Below are positions 51,488 to 64,000 of a stretch of DNA of 64,000 nt, one piece after another. Source of the stretch: Bispira polyomma (Eukaryota); contig OZ287754.1 of the NCBI GenBank assembly GCA_965649765.1, positions 59,954,001 to 60,018,000 on the forward strand. Direction: 5' to 3'. How positions within the stretch are numbered: position 1 is the first letter of the stretch; the number at the start of each line of letters is the position of its first letter. Made by a program: the position numbers and the translations under genes. A model generated the notes under the pieces. It was not told the origin of the DNA, did not search any database, and worked only from the letters and a program-made list of their open reading frames with translations.

Positions 51488-53140
51488 AAACTAGTGGGGT
51501 TACAGACCCCAAAAAGGCGGGTTGCGCAATTGTTATCAGGGATAGGGTCCAGCAACAAATTTCAAGTTGTTTTTTGGAATGGGCCCAAATGCAATCCCAA
51601 CCAAGCTATTGACATAATGCACCTCTACACCAAATTTGGTGATGATAGCTGCAAAACTTTTCTTTGAAATGAGTGGAAACCCTTTTCAAGATGGCAGTCA
51701 CAGTGGCCATCTTGTTTTCTCGGAATGGGCCCACCTACAATCCCAACCAAGCCATGACATGATACACCTGCACAACAATTTGTTGATGACAGCTGCAATA
51801 CTTTTCCTTTAAATGAGCAAAAACCCTTTTCATGATGGCTGACATGGCGGCCAGCTTGTTTTTTAGAATGGGCCCAAAAACAATCCCAACCAAGCTATTG
51901 CCAAGCTACGGCTATCCTCGACTGACCTTGAAGGAGGGGCCAAAGGTTAAACCTGACCACATCAGAAAACTCCCACTCCATGATTTACTATAGGTTGGTT
52001 TAACATCTCAAAACTGTAGGACAATAAAAAGCGAGTTATAAGCACATTTAAGTTTAGCTACCCTTGTATGACCTTGACGGAGGGGCCAAAGTTAAAATCT
52101 AACCACACCAGAAGACTCCTAGCCCATGATTTCCTATAGGTTGGTTTCACATCTCAAAACTGTAGGACCAATAATATGCAATTGTAGACACTTTTAAGTT
52201 TAGCTACCCTTGTCTGACCTTGATTGAAGCGCCGAAGGTCAAATCTGACCACATAAGATTCCCAGCCCATGACTACCTATAAGTTGGTTTCACATTGCAA
52301 ACCTCTAGGATTAATAATAAGCGAGTTAAAAGCACTTTTAAGTTTGGCTATCCTCGTTTGACCTTTAATTAGGGGCCCAACGTCAAATCTGACCACATTA
52401 GAAGATTCCCAGCCCATGAGTTACTGTAGGTAGGCTTCACATTCCACATAATTATAAGCAGTTTTAAGTTTAACTACCCTCGTCTGGCCTTGACGGAGGT
52501 GCTCAAGGTCAAATCTGACCACATCAGAAGATTCCCAGCCCATGATTACCTACAAGTTGGTTTCACATTGCAAACCTCTAGGACCGATAATAAGGGCGTT
52601 ATAAGCACTTTATAGTTTGGCTATCCTCGTTTGACCTTGAATTAGGGGCCCAATGTCAAACCTGACCACCTTAGAAGATTCCCAGCCCATGATTTCCTAT
52701 AGGTAGGCTTCACATGCCAAACCTCTAGGACCAATAATAGGGAAGATATAGGCACTTTTTAAGTCCGTCACTTTGGGTACTTTGGAACTTCGTAAATGAC
52801 CTTGAATGAAGAGCTTCAAGGTCAAATGTCTGGATGCTTGTAGAGGACATATATTTCTGTTATATATTTCACCTATGAAGAGATTCAACCTTCTAGTTAC
52901 GAAAACCAGTCAGTAGAAAATGGTAGATAATTTTCAAAGAAATGGCCATGGCGACCATCTTGTTTTTCAGAATGAAGCTATTTTCAGTCGCAAGGAAGCT
53001 TACCTCCCAATAAAGATATCCTGCAAATTTGGTGAAGCTAGCTGGTCTAGTTTTCTGCAGAGAGTGTTAACGGAGAAAATCTCTACGGCGTCATAGCGAA
53101 CGCTAAACTAAAAGTATCCACCGGATCGGTGTATACAATT
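51488..53140 (+). mobile_element. HINE-like element with two expanded internal satellite arrays
   Basis: ~3 copies of a ~140-bp gaatgggccca..caatcccaaccaagc unit (51570-51900), then ~7 copies of the ~115-bp aaggtcaaatctgaccac unit (51920-52760). 3' hairpin gtatccaccggatcggtgtatac. Confidence 0.8.
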
Positions 53141-53646
53141 AATAGGCCTGTTACTAATCTAAACCAATGTTTTATCCAACTATAGAACAGTCAGGAAACC
53201 ACAAACATCACCATCCACATTGACAATAGAAGATGGATTAGCTATGACCACAAAAGCCACTAAAGCAACCTCAAAACAGTCACAGTTAAATAAATCTCTT
53301 ACTAATCAAAGTCCATGTTTAATCCCATTATATAACAGTTAGGAAACCACATATCGCCATCCCTATAGACAATAAAAAGTACTAGTAATAGCACACTAAA
53401 CAAATCTATCACACTTACATTAATCCCTTGGTAATCAAAGCCAATGTTTAATTCAATTGCAGATTATTTTTTTTTATTAAACTGACACTATTCTATGCAC
53501 AAACATTTTACTAATCACAAATGATATACATAAATTAATAATTTTAGTCACACTTATTTGAATCCTTTAAAAATCTAAATCACAAAAGGTAAATATAATA
53601 GCACTTAGCCAAAAGGGCTTATAAGTTACAAGCTTATAAATATAAT

Positions 53647-54172
53647 TAGAGTAGTGCTTTGCAAATGAAAGGAAATTGTTTTAGCACTCTGTGTTGAACG
53701 CAGAAATTCAAATTGACCGCCAAAAATCGCGAGATTGCGATTTTGATAAAATTAAAAAAAAAAAAAAAAATTATTAAAAAAAAAATTTGAAAAAAATTTA
53801 ATTTGAGTGCATATATATGTAAATGTAAAATAAATGTAATGTATACCCTGTAGGCCCAAATTTCAGCCGAAATCGCTCTATCTCGCACCATTTCCGAGAT
53901 ATTAGGGATTTTTCATTTGTATCGTTTTGAAAAATCTTAACGTTTAATTAATCGTTAATAAGTCGGCCATTTTGTATCGGATCACTTCCAAAAAAGTTAA
54001 TGTTGTCCAGACATCTATATAAGAAAGCTACTTGCCAAATTTCATGAGAATAGGTAAAGCGCTTTTTAAGTTCTCATCCGGCACATTTAGAAGACCTGTT
54101 TTTGGTCATATGACTTCTCTGATTGGTGAAAATGTGATACAAACAAGCGTCCCTTGCAGGACGTGCTTAATA
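53647..54172 (+). mobile_element. Probable HINE-like element of another family
   Basis: CpG-rich body (atcgctctatctcgcaccatttccgagat) and 3' stem-loop aagcgtcccttgcaggacgtgctt followed by aata. Confidence 0.5.
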
Positions 54173-54178
54173 CACGTA

Positions 54179-54363
54179 CAGTAGAACCTCTATTATCGGA
54201 CCATCTATTATCCAAATATTCAATTTTGCGAAATCAATTTCACTCTCTTAAACTTATATTTTATTATTGTTTTATAATAAATGCCACTTCTATTTTATGG
54301 ACCTTCTATTATCCAAACAAATTGTCACTCTCCTGAGATGTCCGTAAAATAGAGGTTCTACAG
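54179..54363. mobile_element. pogo-like MITE
   Basis: gtagaacctctattatcggac / gtccgtaaaatagaggttctac with TA flanks. Confidence 0.75.
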
Positions 54364-54899
54364 TATATCAATAGTTAGAAAAAATTTATTTGTTTCCAGG
54401 GGGTACAAAAATTTGGCAAGCCCCCCTTGCAATATTTTGTATCCCCACACACTTTTTTTTTGCACTAAACTGGTACACTTAGTTCAATTATAATTGTTAC
54501 CAAACCCCCAAAAATATTTACTGCTATAAAATCATCTATTTCTGACCCAATATGGTTTATTCATATTGTGACACACATAGCCTCTGTAATTTTTATCCTT
54601 TTAAATACTCCAGTTAACCTGTATGCAATATATTGGGTTTACCATATATTTTTTTTTTCAGCTTAGTACAGTAAGGAATCTAAAATTTGCTCCTGTATCT
54701 AAAATTTGCCACCCCTAAAATTTAAGCCAAATAAATAAAAACTGGCGATAAATATCTGGTAAGGAAGGCAAATTAGTCATAAAAATCTCAATTTAAGCAA
54801 ATATTAATGACAATTCTACCCAAAACACAAATTTTTTTAGGTGGCGAATTTTAGATGGTGGGAAATTTTACCCATCAACCAAAGTATGTATATATATAT

Positions 54900-55305
54900 A
54901 TTACATGACGTATTAAAGCACTAACATGTAGTGGGAAGTCGACATGTGTGTGGTGGGGCATAGGGGGGGGGGGGGGGGGGGGGCATTAGTGCCTGTCAAT
55001 CAAACTGATGGTAAACACTGAGCACATGGCAAAGAGCACATGTCAAAATAGTAAATTTTAAATAGTTGTGCGTAACTTTTATTCTACTACTCCGATTGAC
55101 ATGAAAACAATTTTGAGTCATCTACATAACATGCCTAATATTCCCTGCAAATTTCAGCGCACAACTCTGGGTGGATTGTGAGATTATCTTGGACAGCCCA
55201 CCATAGCCATTTACCATATATAACCCCCCCCCCCCCCACCCCCACAGATGGGAATACCTCAGCAATACGTCACTTTCAGTGACGTACACCTGACGCTAAT
55301 AAATA
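54900..55305 (+). mobile_element. Probable HINE-like element
   Basis: tgacgtatt at the 5' end, inverted aatacgtca at the 3' end, with hairpin tacgtcactttcagtgacgta. Confidence 0.45.
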
Positions 55306-56217
55306 ATATTAATGTATAAAGATTATTATTATTATAACGGCGTTGACATTCATTTTCCCGAAGAGATCAATATATGATACTAGATACCCAGTAATACCCA
55401 TTTCAGTTATTAAATTTACAGCACATTGTTTATTTAAAGTCATTTAAAGTTTTCCTTAACTTATCTCTAATTGCTTTTTAAAGTTAAAAAGCAATACATA
55501 TGACATACATCAACTGGACGACCAGCATTCAATATTGGCCATTGTGAATCACATTACAGTTACAGGAACAGATTAATAACGATTTCGACACAAAGAACAC
55601 TCTCTCCATGAACAGATGGAAATTATTCCAGAATAGGTTGGTTAAAGATAGCTGAAGTCACTAAAACACACATAAGACTACTTTTAGGCATTTAATGACC
55701 TTACAATTTCATTTACCAGAGAATTCTATTGTGCTAACAATTTCCTATTGCGAGAGACTTAAGAGAACGAACACCAGGACCTGTCGCACACGGGCTGTAA
55801 ATGGAAACCCTCATCACCTCAAAACCCAAAAAATTGAACGACAACTAAGACCCTGTCATTAGGTGTTCGTTAGACCATATATTCACAAAAAAAAAAAAAA
55901 AAAAAAAATCAATGAAAATAATAGTAAAATGTCTAAACAGCAAGAAAATGGTAATTATGCAATGTATTTTGACTTCTGTATCCAATATAGCCCATAGAAA
56001 AAATCAATAGAAATGATATTGGTTCCTCTCCTGTTTTTGCCAATGCACTCCTACATATTTGTCATGATATCTGTCACAAGATTTATCGGGAGATGTACTC
56101 GAGTACATTGTTTTACTTATATTTCAAAGTTCCAAATATTTGATACCCATAACTTATTGTTGCACTAAATGGATCAATACTCTGTAAGACATCTAAAATA
56201 TTGGTGTTTATTGAAAC

Positions 56218-56907
56218 CAGGGTTGAAAAAAAATAATTTAAAAAAAAAAAAAATAAAAATTAGATTTTTTTGATTTATTTGATTTTTTCAATATAATGTG
56301 TTGCAGTGAAAAACTACTATTGTTCATTTTTATTGTGAATCTTGTTTGAACACATAAACAACAAACTTTATACAAGCAGCTGCTAATAATGACACTTTAA
56401 AATGAACTAAAAAATAGCTTAATGACCATTTTAATTATTTCCTGTACACATTATATACTCCACTAGCAAGACTGATCATTCTTTCAGACAGGATTAATAA
56501 GCTTTGCCATTGAGCTGGAGGTGTTTTTATAAAAGCTATTGATCATCTAGTTTATTTGTAGGAAAAGGACTGGCTGAGGTTGTGCTCTGAAAGGATTAAG
56601 GGACAAGAAGGGTGACATCCACCACAAAAAGGGTTCTGTAATAATTGTTCAAGTGCATCATTATTGAGTCTAACATAAGCAGTTGATAGTTTATGAAGGG
56701 ATTACTAATGAGTCAAACATAAACAAATGATACTTTATGAATTGATTACCACTATTAACTGAAATGTCAATTATTAACTTTTTTTTTTTTTAGAAAATTA
56801 AAGTCACTAAAAAGATCAAGATGTTTTTAAAAAAATTAAAAAAAAAGTCCTTGATTTATTTGATTTTTTGGAGTAAAAAAAATCATGATTTAAATCAAAC
56901 AACCCTG
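56218..56907. mobile_element. hAT-like non-autonomous element
   Basis: TIR cagggttg/caaccctg and perfect 8-bp TSD ATTGAAAC (56210-56217, 56908-56915). Confidence 0.85.
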
Positions 56908-57462
56908 ATTGAAACGGGCCTAATTTCTACATTTATACTATAACCACACTATATGATGCCATACAACCACATCAGTTAGACCTTTGTTTGGGATCAACTA
57001 ACAAAAACCTATCCAATGCTTTCTATTTACCCACAGAGTTGTTTAGATTCTGTCTGGTAGTTTTGTCGTTACATGTTTGTTAGTCGACATTTTAATGAAG
57101 GTTTTGATTTACAGGGCCCTGGTGCATTTTGTTTTCACCGGAGGTAACTACTTGGTAATGGTTCTTGATGACAGTGAATCGCCTCATTCCTTCCTTCCTG
57201 TGTCAATTTAAGACGAAACTTAGTACCGGCCATCAGAAATGGCTGTTGGTAAAAGGACACAGATGTGGTAGAAAAATGGCGATTCCTATAATTTTGCCAC
57301 ACAATGATTTTGCCACACTTTTTATAGGGGGTATGATTTTGCCCTATTACCCCTTGATTTTGCCACACTTTTTTATATATTTAATTTAAAAGTGTTTTTA
57401 ACTTAAACTGTTTTAAAAGAATATATTTTGGTAGATAAAAAGTTAAAGTTGTTGCATTACCT

Positions 57463-58432
57463 GGAGTACGGAACTTTTCCCACAGGACATTTGCTTACAA
57501 AGAACATTGCCCACAGGACCTTTGCCCACAGGGAACTTTGCCCACAACAATTTTTACAGGGGAGGAACTTTGCCCACAATAATAATAAAATATGAAATAA
57601 TAACCATAAATTCTTATTATTGTGGTTATGTTCACTTTTACTGATCACATTCAAATAGAAATGTCTGGTTAATGTACCCTTACAACCAAGTCCTCTTTGA
57701 GAACATTCCCAAATAATGTAGGACAGTTGAACCCTTTAAGTCGAACCTCAAGGGACCAGTAAAAATACTTCAACTTTAGCAGGATTTCCACTTAACATAG
57801 TAGATTTGAATAAAAATGGCCTTCGTGGGACTATCAATTTTGCTCAACTTAAAAGGTAAATTGAGTTAATAGAGTTCTACTTAAAGGGGTTTAACTGTAC
57901 ATGTATCCGTCATAGCATAATTTTTGACCACCTCTAGTGTTTTTTTATAATTTCTATCTTGCAATACTATGTAAATCTATAAACACTGAATTAAATGCTA
58001 ATGAAATCAACCTTATATACTTTATATAGTGCAACTTGGGAAGTGCAATTAATGTTTGATCTCTTTTAAAAGGAGCTATATGTCCTGATCAGTTATCTAA
58101 GGGAAGTATTAATTGTAACAAGAAAATTACATCTAAAGAAGCAGGGAAGCTTTTGGTGACAGTCAATTAATGTTTGATCTCTTTTGAAACTATTATGTCC
58201 TGAGCAGTTATCTAAGGTGAATATTAATTGGAATAAATAAAAAAAAATGTCTTTGTGGTGGGCAAAATTATATTGTGGGCAGAAGTCCTACACTGTGAAA
58301 ATGGTGGTGGGCAAAGTTCCTGTGGGCAAAGTTCCTGTGGGCAAAGTTCCTGTGGGCAAAGTTCCTGTGGGCAAAGTTCCTGTGGGCAAAGTTCCTGTGG
58401 GCAAAGTTCCTGTGGGCAAAGTTCCTGGACTC
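57463..58432 (-). mobile_element. MULE foldback element A (FLYWCH remnant), nested in element C
   Basis: Subterminal 15-bp ggcaaagttcctgtg arrays in inverted orientation. TSD gcattacct/tcatttcct. Minus strand encodes TRGGQKLCYDGYMY..WECSQRGLGCKGTLT, split by a MITE. Confidence 0.85.
57724..57897. mobile_element. pogo-like MITE inserted in the FLYWCH remnant of MULE A
   Basis: cagttgaaccctttaagtcgaac / gttctacttaaaggggtttaactg|ta. Confidence 0.75.
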
Positions 58433-59683
58433 TCATTTCCTTTGATGAATATATCATAAGTAATCCCTTTAGCAAACCAAAGTGGAGAAGACATTGGTTG
58501 TAAGTTACAAAGATAATGTAACTGTTTCTGAAAGAGCCTTTGATTTAGTTCTCTCAGATGACTGCTCAGGAAAGTGGTTATCAAAGAGGTTTTGAATTCT
58601 TTACTTTTCTCAGGTAACTGCTTAACAAAGTTAATCACCATTGGTCGATTCCCTTTTGTTATGTGTGAGACAAAGTTGAAAAGAAACATTGAGTAACGGT
58701 CAATTGCAATTTACCAATACCACAGTGGATAAGAGAGATTAATCTTCAGAAACTAATTTATAATATATATATATATATATATATATTTCACATAATGTGC
58801 TTAAAATGAACTATAAAGTGCTTATTCTTTTTCTAAATGTTTTATAAGTGTAATAAACTGTCAAAAAAGTGGCAAAATATTTGAAAGAAAAGTTTATTTT
58901 CTGTACAAAGGGACTTTTTTTTATTACCTGTAATTTTATTACCCCCCCAAAAAAAAGTGACAAAATCACTGGATAATAGGGCAAAAAAACGTCTCAAAAT
59001 CAAAGGGTAAGAGGGCAAAATCATACCCCCTGTAAAAAGAGTGGCAAAATCATTGTGTGGCAAAATCAACGGACACCAAAAATGACATGTTCATAATATG
59101 AATTGTCATAGCTTTATAAAACGTCAACATAAATCTATTCAAAAGGTGCATGATCACTTTAACTTAAATTCAAGTTTCCTAAAATGAGTTTATGGTACAC
59201 TTAAACTCAACTCTCTTTTTAACAATAACGTTTTAAGATGACCTTCACATAGAGTTTAACATTTGTGAGTTTAACATTTGTAACTTTAACATTGTACTTG
59301 TGTAAGCCATAAAAGAGAGAGTACCTAAACAGTAGGCTAGTCTTTACATTATATACATTGGACACATGTATTCTGACATAGAATGGACTTCTAAACCTTC
59401 ACAGATTTATTCTTGGCTTTGGGCGTGATGGGGACTGACATCAAAAAACACTAAAACTATATAGGACGGGGTGGGAGAGAGAAAATATTTCGTTTAAATG
59501 AGCAGAAATGTCAGGTCACCACCATCATTAACAGTGGCCTTTCTGTTTTTCGGAACCTTCCCAAAATTAAGCCTAAGCAAGCTATACATATGATACAGAA
59601 CATGACTGGGGTTCTGGGAGATGACAAATGTCATTCTGCATTAGCATACAACTAGCCACAATACAAGTCACTATATAAACTAC

Positions 59684-60880
59684 GAATCCAGGAACTTTGC
59701 CCACAAGGGACTTTGCCCAAAACCATTTTTACAGAGTAGGACTTCTGCTCACAATATAAATTTTGCCCACCACAAAGACATCTTTTTTTATTGCAATTAT
59801 TATTCACGTTAGATAACTGCTCAGGACATAATAGTTTCAAAAGAGATCAAACATTAATTGACCTTCACCAGAAGCTTCCCTGCTTCCTAATATTCACCTT
59901 AGATAACTGTGTGATAAGTAAAAGTGAACATAGCCACAGTAGTGATAAAAACAAAGGATAAGCAGTTCAAGTCAAAACTACTATGAAGGATCATGCCACA
60001 GCTACCAGAAGTGAACCATCCCAGATTGTTGCCGACAATGTAGATAATGTGCCAGTGGAAGTCAGGGCTGCATTTGCAAATATGGAATCTGTAAAACGAG
60101 TAATCCGCGAACAGAAGAGAAGTGCACTTCCTAAGGATCCATCATCCCTCCATGAGCTTGAGCTTGAAGAAAAGTGGACTTAATTTAGGAGGAAGAATTT
60201 CGTGACAGTGGAAAATAAGCAAATAACAGGATGATGGTTTTTGCTACACCAGTTGGACTACGTCACCTTGCTAGAAAACACTAGAAGAATTTCTGAAGTC
60301 TGTTGGTGCCCAATCAGACTAAACTAAAAACATGATGTTATAATGGTAATGACTGATTCTGAAGTCTGTACAAAGTGATGTCGACTGTTTTGATAATGTA
60401 GATATTATATACTGTTTATATTTTATGCAATAAATTCAATAAAATAATATTAACTTATTTTTATGGTTTTTATTTAGTATTTTATTATTGTGGGCAAAGT
60501 GCCTCCCATGTAAAAATTGTTTTGGGCAAAGTTCCTTGTGGGCAAAGGTCCTGTGGTCAAAGGTCCTGTGGTCAAAGGTCCTGTGGTCAAAGGTCCTGTG
60601 GTCAAAGGTCCTGTGGTCAAAGGTCCTGTGGTCAAAGGTCCTGTGGTCAAAGGTCCTTGTGGTCAAAGGTCCTTGTGGTCAAAGGTCCTTGTGGTCAAAG
60701 GTCCTTGTGGTCAAAGGTCCTTGTGGTCAAAGGTCCTGTGGGCAAAGGTCCTGTGGGCAAAGGTCCTGTGGGCAAAGGTCCTGGTGGGCAAAGGTCCTGT
60801 AGTCAAAGGTCCTGTGGGCAAAGGTCCTTGTGGGCAAAGGTCCTGTGGTCAAAGGTCCTGTGGGCAAAGTTCCGTACACC
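59684..60880 (+). mobile_element. MULE foldback element B with transposase remnant
   Basis: Perfect 9-bp TSD ATAAACTAC (59675-59683, 60881-60889). 15/16-bp ggtcaaaggtcc(t)tgt array. HSH...ESVKRVIREQKRSALPKDPSSLHEL...RMMVFAT..GLRHLA is typical of FLYWCH-MULE transposases. Confidence 0.9.
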
Positions 60881-61002
60881 ATAAACTACATATATACTCA
60901 ACACTGTCTGAAGGCAAGCATTTATCAAATTGCCCATAATATTCAAGTGTAGTACTTGTGGAAGTATCTGGCATTTGGATAGGGAGAGGGGTGTCCATAA
61001 AT

Positions 61003-61615
61003 AACTATACCTAGTGCATCTGAGAACTGATCCATATTTGTATCCACCAGAAAGACAAAGCACCCTAGGTAGCAAGCATCCCAGGTAGCATCCAAGCTAG
61101 AAGCCTATGATTTCCTATAGGGCATTTATGCTAAAGCTTTAAATGGCACAAGTGGGTTTCACATTGCAAACCTGTAGGCCCAATAATAAGTGAGATATAG
61201 GTACTTTAAAGTTTAGCCTACCTATTTGACTTTAAATAATGGGTCCAAGGTCAAATCTGACCACAGCAAAAGATTACCAGCCCACAATTTCCTATAGGTT
61301 GGTTTTACATCCCAAACCTCTACAACCAATAAAGAGCGAGATATAGGAACTTTTAAGTTTGACCAAGACTATCTTGAACGAGAGGCCCAAGGTCAAATCA
61401 GACATCAAAATATGTCATTTGGGTTACTTTGACATTTTGTCGATGACCTTGAATGAGGCGATTCAACCTCAAATGTTTACATGCTTATACAGGACATGTA
61501 CATCCGTTGAACATATCACCCATAAAGAGATTCAGCCATCTACAGCTGAGAAACAATCAAAAGTCTTTTTAAAGAAATGCCTGTGGCAGCCGTCTTGTTT
61601 TCCCGTGGATACAAT
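61003..61615 (+). mobile_element. HINE-like element (internally deleted)
   Basis: atttgtatccaccagaaagac near the 5' end, gtggatacaat at the 3' end, same core units. Confidence 0.75.
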
Positions 61616-61851
61616 CAGAGAATCAGAGATGGGGAGGGGAAGGGGGGGGGGTGCTTTATTGCAGACAACATGTCCAGACTATTGTATATATGGTCACAGA
61701 GTGGTAGCGCAGTCAAAACCCCTTAAAGTAGAATTGTTTAGTCAATTTAACCTTTTATGTGGAGAAATACATCAGTAGTTCCACATAGGTGTTCCCCTTT
61801 AAAAGTGAGCCTGTTAAGTGGAGATCCTACTTAAGTAGAGCTATTTTACTT

Positions 61852-62912
61852 GGGGCGGTATGCACAAAAGGTCTTAGTCTGAACTTAGTCTTAACTTTAG
61901 TCTTGAACATTAAGACCAACACCAAACAGTCTTAAATATGGTTGCCAGACAGATTCTTAGATTCTGACCGAAGAAATGAAAGCATTTGGGGAAAAAATTG
62001 GTATTTCGCGACGACAGGAATCCACTTGACATCCTGTCTGATGAACAACTTCTTGTCAAGTATTGATTTAATAATATAAGTAACAGACAACTTATTGTTT
62101 ACATCTTGTATCACGTGAGCAGAGTGAGATAACCACAGTGGTTATTGATAATCTCATGAGTATAATGCTCAAAACCAAGTTATAACTAGGCAAGTATCTT
62201 GGCTAAGACTAGCTTTGTGAATACCAATTTAATGCTGTGGTCACACTGAGCACGTTCGTGTTTACTTTGGATTCATTTTAAATATAAGCAAACGGAAATA
62301 AACAAAGTGAAATACGGGAAACGTAACAAAAAATTCAATGTATGGGCCATTTCGTACATGTTCTGTACACATTTGTACACACATTAAACACGTTTTAATA
62401 GCTGTTTCAATTATGTTTGTACCATTAGCCATGTTTTGAAATATGTTCGCCATGTTATAAGGTACATTACCCACGTCTTAAAATACATTTTAATCTCAAT
62501 GTCAATCTCGTCTTAAATAGGTTGCATTTGCTTTATCTATATCGTTCACGTATGTAGTTCTTATTTGGATGTATAGTACATCTTACTGCCGTCCTTTAAG
62601 TCATATAGGATCTAAGAAGTGTCATATGTTTTCATAAACACACCAACCAGTTTAGAAAAACGCCCCAAATGGACTTACATTTTGTGCAGCACGAAATTAT
62701 GAGTTTAGGGGACCATCTTACTCACACATGTTAACATTTACTTAGGCAGACTATGTCCTCTACACAAATACTTATGTTTCACCTTGCATGTGCTATTTTT
62801 AGCCATTTTTTGTGCGTAATTGAAACGTAAGCCCAGTGTGACCACGGCATAAGACAAATCTTAACCGAGACCAAAATAGTAGAAGCCAAGACGTTTTTGT
62901 GAATACCGACCC
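61852..62912. mobile_element. TIR MITE (ggggcggtatgcacaaaa / ttttgtgaataccgaccc) hosting the Harbinger MITE
   Basis: Inverted termini. Related termini at 38499 and ~63820. Confidence 0.65.
62233..62849. mobile_element. PIF/Harbinger-like MITE
   Basis: TIR tgctgtggtcacactgagc / gcccagtgtgaccacggca and TAA TSD on both sides. Confidence 0.85.
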
Positions 62913-63007
62913 TAGTCCATACAAGTTCAACTTAAAGGGGTTTTATCTGTAGAGTGGAAGCTGTATTATCTGAACTTCTAGTTTATCCAAACATGCAGTC
63001 TTTGGGG

Positions 63008-63349
63008 CACTTCTCACTATAATCCCACTGTTCTACACGTGTAAACTGACCTGCCACTTCTCACTATAATCCCACTGTTCTATACGTGTATAGTGACCTG
63101 CCACTTCTCACTATAATCCCACTATTCTATACGTGTAAACTGACCTGCCACTTCTCACTATAATCCCACTGTTCTATACGTGTAAACTGACCTGCCACTT
63201 CTCACTATAATCCCACTATTCTATACGTGTAAACTGACCTGCCACTTCTCACTATAATCCCACTGTTCTATACGTGTAAACTGACCTGCCACTTCTCATT
63301 ATAATCCCACTGTTCTATACGTGTAAACTGACCTGCCACTTCTCACTAA
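63008..63349. repeat. 47-bp minisatellite, ~7 copies, inside a pogo-like MITE remnant
   Basis: cacttctcactataatcccactgttctatacgtgtaaactgacctgc. Confidence 0.95.
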
Positions 63350-64000
63350 CGACCCCATTTTATTATCTGAATGGAATATTTAAGTCTCCCAACATGTGTA
63401 CAGATACTCTAATACGGAATTTTGGATCATTACATTAAAGCTTTCGACACCAAACGAAAACTATCGGCGGGAACCAAAGAAAGTTTTCATACAAGAGGTT
63501 ACAGATATAAAATACCCATTACAGACTGTATTTCCAGCATTCATTCACAGTGTGACGTACAATTATTTAAACAAATGATAGCAGAAACCAATCAAACACA
63601 CACCACAGACTTTACTTCTGACATTCCAAATAGATAGACCTTGCACGCTAAAACTTCTTACAACAATACAACATTCTTACCATACAAATGATTTGTACAC
63701 ACAGTACCAGAATAGAGAGGCAAAGAAACAATATCCATCCTTTATTAGTGGAAATTCAAATGTTTGGAACAAATCCTCGACATAATAAAAATCTTACACA
63801 ACGAGAAATTGGGGACCGGGAGGCTGTATTCACTAAAGTTCTTGTACTTCGAATTTCTTCTTATTCTTAAGAAACTTTTCAAAGAATGAGCTTTGATTCT
63901 TAGAATGGTCAAGACCTTACTTAAGTTACGAAAAAGATTATGTATTTCTATTCACAATTTTTAGCAAGAAAAATTCTTACTCTAAGAGTAAGAAAATTCT

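Larger units (their letters stand above)
57281..59077. mobile_element. Non-autonomous MULE-like element C
   Basis: ~90-bp TIRs with ttttgcc repeats. 9-bp TSD aaaaatggc (57272-57280) / aaaaatgac (59078-59086). Confidence 0.8.
61710..62949. mobile_element. pogo/Tc1-like MITE split by two nested elements
   Basis: Left cagtcaaaaccccttaaagtagaa, right ttcaacttaaaggggttttatctg|ta. Confidence 0.6.

Noticed and set aside
58224-60939. Cys/Gly or collagen-like repeat ORFs (CGQSS, VVKGP, GTLPT)
   Set aside because: Translations of the 15-bp subterminal arrays of MULE elements.

Overview
AT-rich, intron- and repeat-dense animal genomic DNA. The repeat families resemble those described in molluscs and other lophotrochozoans (inference). 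There are no prokaryotic features: no operons, CRISPR, rRNA or true tRNA. The best-supported gene is not visible as such in the ORF track. It is a spliced minus-strand gene whose three coding exons (45225-45097, 43218-43177, 42159-40819) join in phase 0 into a ~503-aa orphan-looking, mostly disordered protein. That protein has an Arg-rich patch, 11 x PPQVPVP(A/P)PV repeats, an acidic Ser-rich region, a PKKRKR NLS and a short helical C-terminus. It has candidate 5'UTR exons, one of whose splice donors has been amplified into a ~28-copy 24-bp array. Further minus-strand exon-like blocks with good splice signals but no continuous ORF run from ~36 kb down to ~1.3 kb (lncRNA or decayed gene). The rest is mobile DNA: L1/Tx1 and L2 LINE fragments, a tRNA-derived SINE always on the minus strand, Helentron-associated (HINE-like) elements with internal satellites, a nest of MULE foldback elements with FLYWCH-transposase remnants, and pogo/Tc1, Harbinger, hAT and piggyBac-like MITEs. 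There are also many minisatellites and a ~1.8-kb degenerate palindrome. All calls are by eye; no database searches were run.
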